51,733 bases of DNA. It comes from Candidatus Pacearchaeota archaeon (lineage in GTDB: Archaea; Nanobdellota; Nanobdellia; Pacearchaeales; GW2011-AR1). Positions within the stretch are counted from its first letter, which is position 1. Every line of letters starts with the position of its first letter. The position numbers and the translations under genes were made by a program. Positions 50,324 to 51,733 of this stretch are shown here, piece by piece. The stretch lies in assembly GCA_016196285.1 (NCBI GenBank), contig JACPXY010000044.1:1-51733 (forward strand), read 5' to 3'. The notes beneath the pieces were generated by a model that worked only from the letters and a program-made list of their open reading frames with translations, was not told the origin of the DNA and did no database searches.

Positions 50324-51304
50324 ATGAAGATATGCATTATCAAATTAGGAGCAGATGGAGATGTGTTGAGAACGCTGCCGCTTGCTCAAGCGATTAAAGA
50401 AAAGCACAAGAATGCGCAGATTACCTGGATAACTAAGGGAGACATTAAGGACTTGCTTGCAGGAATTGATTATATTGATACTGTGCTGACTCTCCCGTAT
50501 TATGGAATTGATACTTTTGATATACTCTATAATTTTGACATTGACACAGAAGCATTGGAACTTGCAGGGCACATCCAAGCAGAAAAGAAGTACGGTTTTT
50601 GTGCAGAAGGAGGTTACCCTGCTGCTTGCACTCCTGGAGCATCTTACTATCTTGATACTTTATTTGATGATGACCTCAAGAAAGAGAATACGCGGACTTA
50701 TCAGGAGATGATGTTTATGGCTGCTGAGCTTGAGTACCAGAACAAAAGATATGAATTAGTGCTCAGTGAAGAAGATCTTAGATATGCAGAGGCATTTGCA
50801 GCAGAAAATGAACTTGCAGAAAAGAAGCTTATCGGCATCCATATGGGGGCTTCATCACGCTGGCCTTCTAAAGTGTGGCATCCTGAACGCGTGAAGGCAT
50901 TCATCAGAAAAGCGAGTAATGAAGGGTATACGCTTCTTTTGTTTGGGGGGCCAAATGAAGTGGAGAGCCATGAACATTTGTGCGCTGAACTGGAATCTGA
51001 AGGCATAAGCATTGTGCGAAATAACCCTCGAAATACCAAGAGGCAGTTTGCTGCGTTAGTGAGCCTGTGCTCATGTATAGTATGCTCGGATAGCTTTGCA
51101 TTACATATCTCCCTTGGGATGGGAAAAAATACTATTGGACTCTTCTTCTGCACAAGCCCGAATGAAGTTGAGGGATATGGTTTATTGACAAAACTTGCCT
51201 CACCTATGCTTCTTGAATATTTTCCTGAACGCTCTGATCAGTACAGTGAAGAATTAACGAAGAGCATCAGCGAAGATGAAGTGTTGAATGCTCTTATTAG
51301 GTAA
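50324..51304 (+). CDS. glycosyltransferase family 9 (heptosyltransferase-like)
   Basis: 326 aa. The N-terminus is MKICIIKLGADGDVLRTLPLAQAIKEKHKNAQITWI. The central IGIHMGASSRWPSKVWH and CSDSFALHISLGMG are typical of GT9. Confidence 0.78.
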   Translation: MKICIIKLGADGDVLRTLPLAQAIKEKHKNAQITWITKGDIKDLLAGIDYIDTVLTLPYYGIDTFDILYNFDIDTEALELAGHIQAEKKYGFCAEGGYPAACTPGASYYLDTLFDDDLKKENTRTYQEMMFMAAELEYQNKRYELVLSEEDLRYAEAFAAENELAEKKLIGIHMGASSRWPSKVWHPERVKAFIRKASNEGYTLLLFGGPNEVESHEHLCAELESEGISIVRNNPRNTKRQFAALVSLCSCIVCSDSFALHISLGMGKNTIGLFFCTSPNEVEGYGLLTKLASPMLLEYFPERSDQYSEELTKSISEDEVLNALIR

Positions 51305-51544
51305 ACTATTCCTACAGCAGAGCCAGTTATCCCTCTGTCAATGGCTGAACCAAGAAACTCCCCACAGCAAGCTAGGGGTATTAGGGAAGAATGAATATCC
51401 TCTATCTAGCCAGGGGAGATATGAGAAGAAGATGGTTATCCTACTACTAGGAATTTACAGACATCAGCTAATCAAAAGTCTTATCCTCGAGGCAGGTCTG
51501 GATGTATTAGAAAACAATAAATACCATTCTTTCTATCTCCTTGC

Positions 51545-51733
51545 ATGAGTGAAAAAGAGAAGGGTATTGGTGCATGGATTCAGCAGCCTTGGCACCTTGC
51601 ACTGGTGATTATTCTCATTGCTGCAGCTATTATTCGCATCTACTTCTTTGTGCAGGCCGGCGGGCAAGCGATGTGGTGGGATGAAGCAGAGTACATGGCT
51701 ACTGCGAAACACTGGGCATTTGATGTGCCTTAT
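51545..51733 (+). CDS. membrane glycosyltransferase, GT39/GT83 (PMT/ArnT)-like, N-terminal fragment (runs off window end)
   Basis: An open frame runs from the ATG at 51545 (MSEKEKGIGAWIQQPWHLALVIILIAAAIIRIYFFVQAGGQAMWWDEAEYMATAKHW...). The first TM followed by WWDEAxY is the usual start of these enzymes. A TATA-like aataaata is centred about 25 nt upstream. Confidence 0.5.
   Translation, partial: MSEKEKGIGAWIQQPWHLALVIILIAAAIIRIYFFVQAGGQAMWWDEAEYMATAKHWAFDVPY

Noticed and set aside
51288-51548. 86-aa plus-strand ORF between GT9 and the GT39-like gene
   Set aside because: It starts inside the GT9 3' end, covers the repeat-motif spacer and ends at the next gene's ATG. It has no TATA spacing or protein-like features.

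Overview
The window is archaeal. It encodes RNA polymerase subunit N/Rpo10, RNase P protein Rnp4, SecF/SecD, a stand-alone 5S rRNA and two tRNAs. Nearly every gene has a TTTAWA-type TATA box centred about 25-26 nt upstream of its ATG, which implies leaderless mRNAs. I read the lineage as a small-genome uncultivated archaeon, possibly DPANN-like, with many bacterial-type envelope genes; that is inference only. The window has three parts. (1) 1-9460 is visibly AT-richer and looks like an accessory patch. It holds a MacB-type ABC exporter operon with a secreted CARDB-like protein, a SunS-type GT2 and an unannotated 50-codon Ser/Asn/Gly-rich ORF. It also holds asd, a COG1373/DUF4143 ATPase followed by a decayed metallophosphoesterase, a chimeric ORF (signal peptide fused to the C-terminal two thirds of an ABC ATPase) at a duplication junction, and an AbiEi/AbiEii-like pair with a palindromic operator. 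(2) 9468-19150 is a housekeeping stretch: rpoN, rnp4, 5S, tRNA-Leu, tRNA-Arg, secFD, a heptose-kinase-like PfkB and a sugar dehydrogenase. (3) 19161-51733 is a very large surface-glycan biosynthesis island with about 10 glycosyltransferases, a flippase, SDR epimerases, DegT aminotransferases, C-, FkbM- and SAM-methyltransferases, a carbamoyltransferase, a deacetylase, a GT9 and a GT39-like enzyme. The most interesting candidate lies inside that island. It is a translationally coupled trio of a DUF4956 membrane protein, a membrane-anchored CotH-kinase/beta-helix protein and a VTC (polyphosphate-polymerase-like tunnel) protein at 39460-43585. The 13.3 kb segment containing it is bracketed by two diverged copies of a 160-180 bp repeat carrying covarying hairpins with a constant GGCAAGACC core. 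No CRISPR array, integrase or transposase was seen. All identity, GC and similarity statements are by-eye readings, not computed values or database hits.
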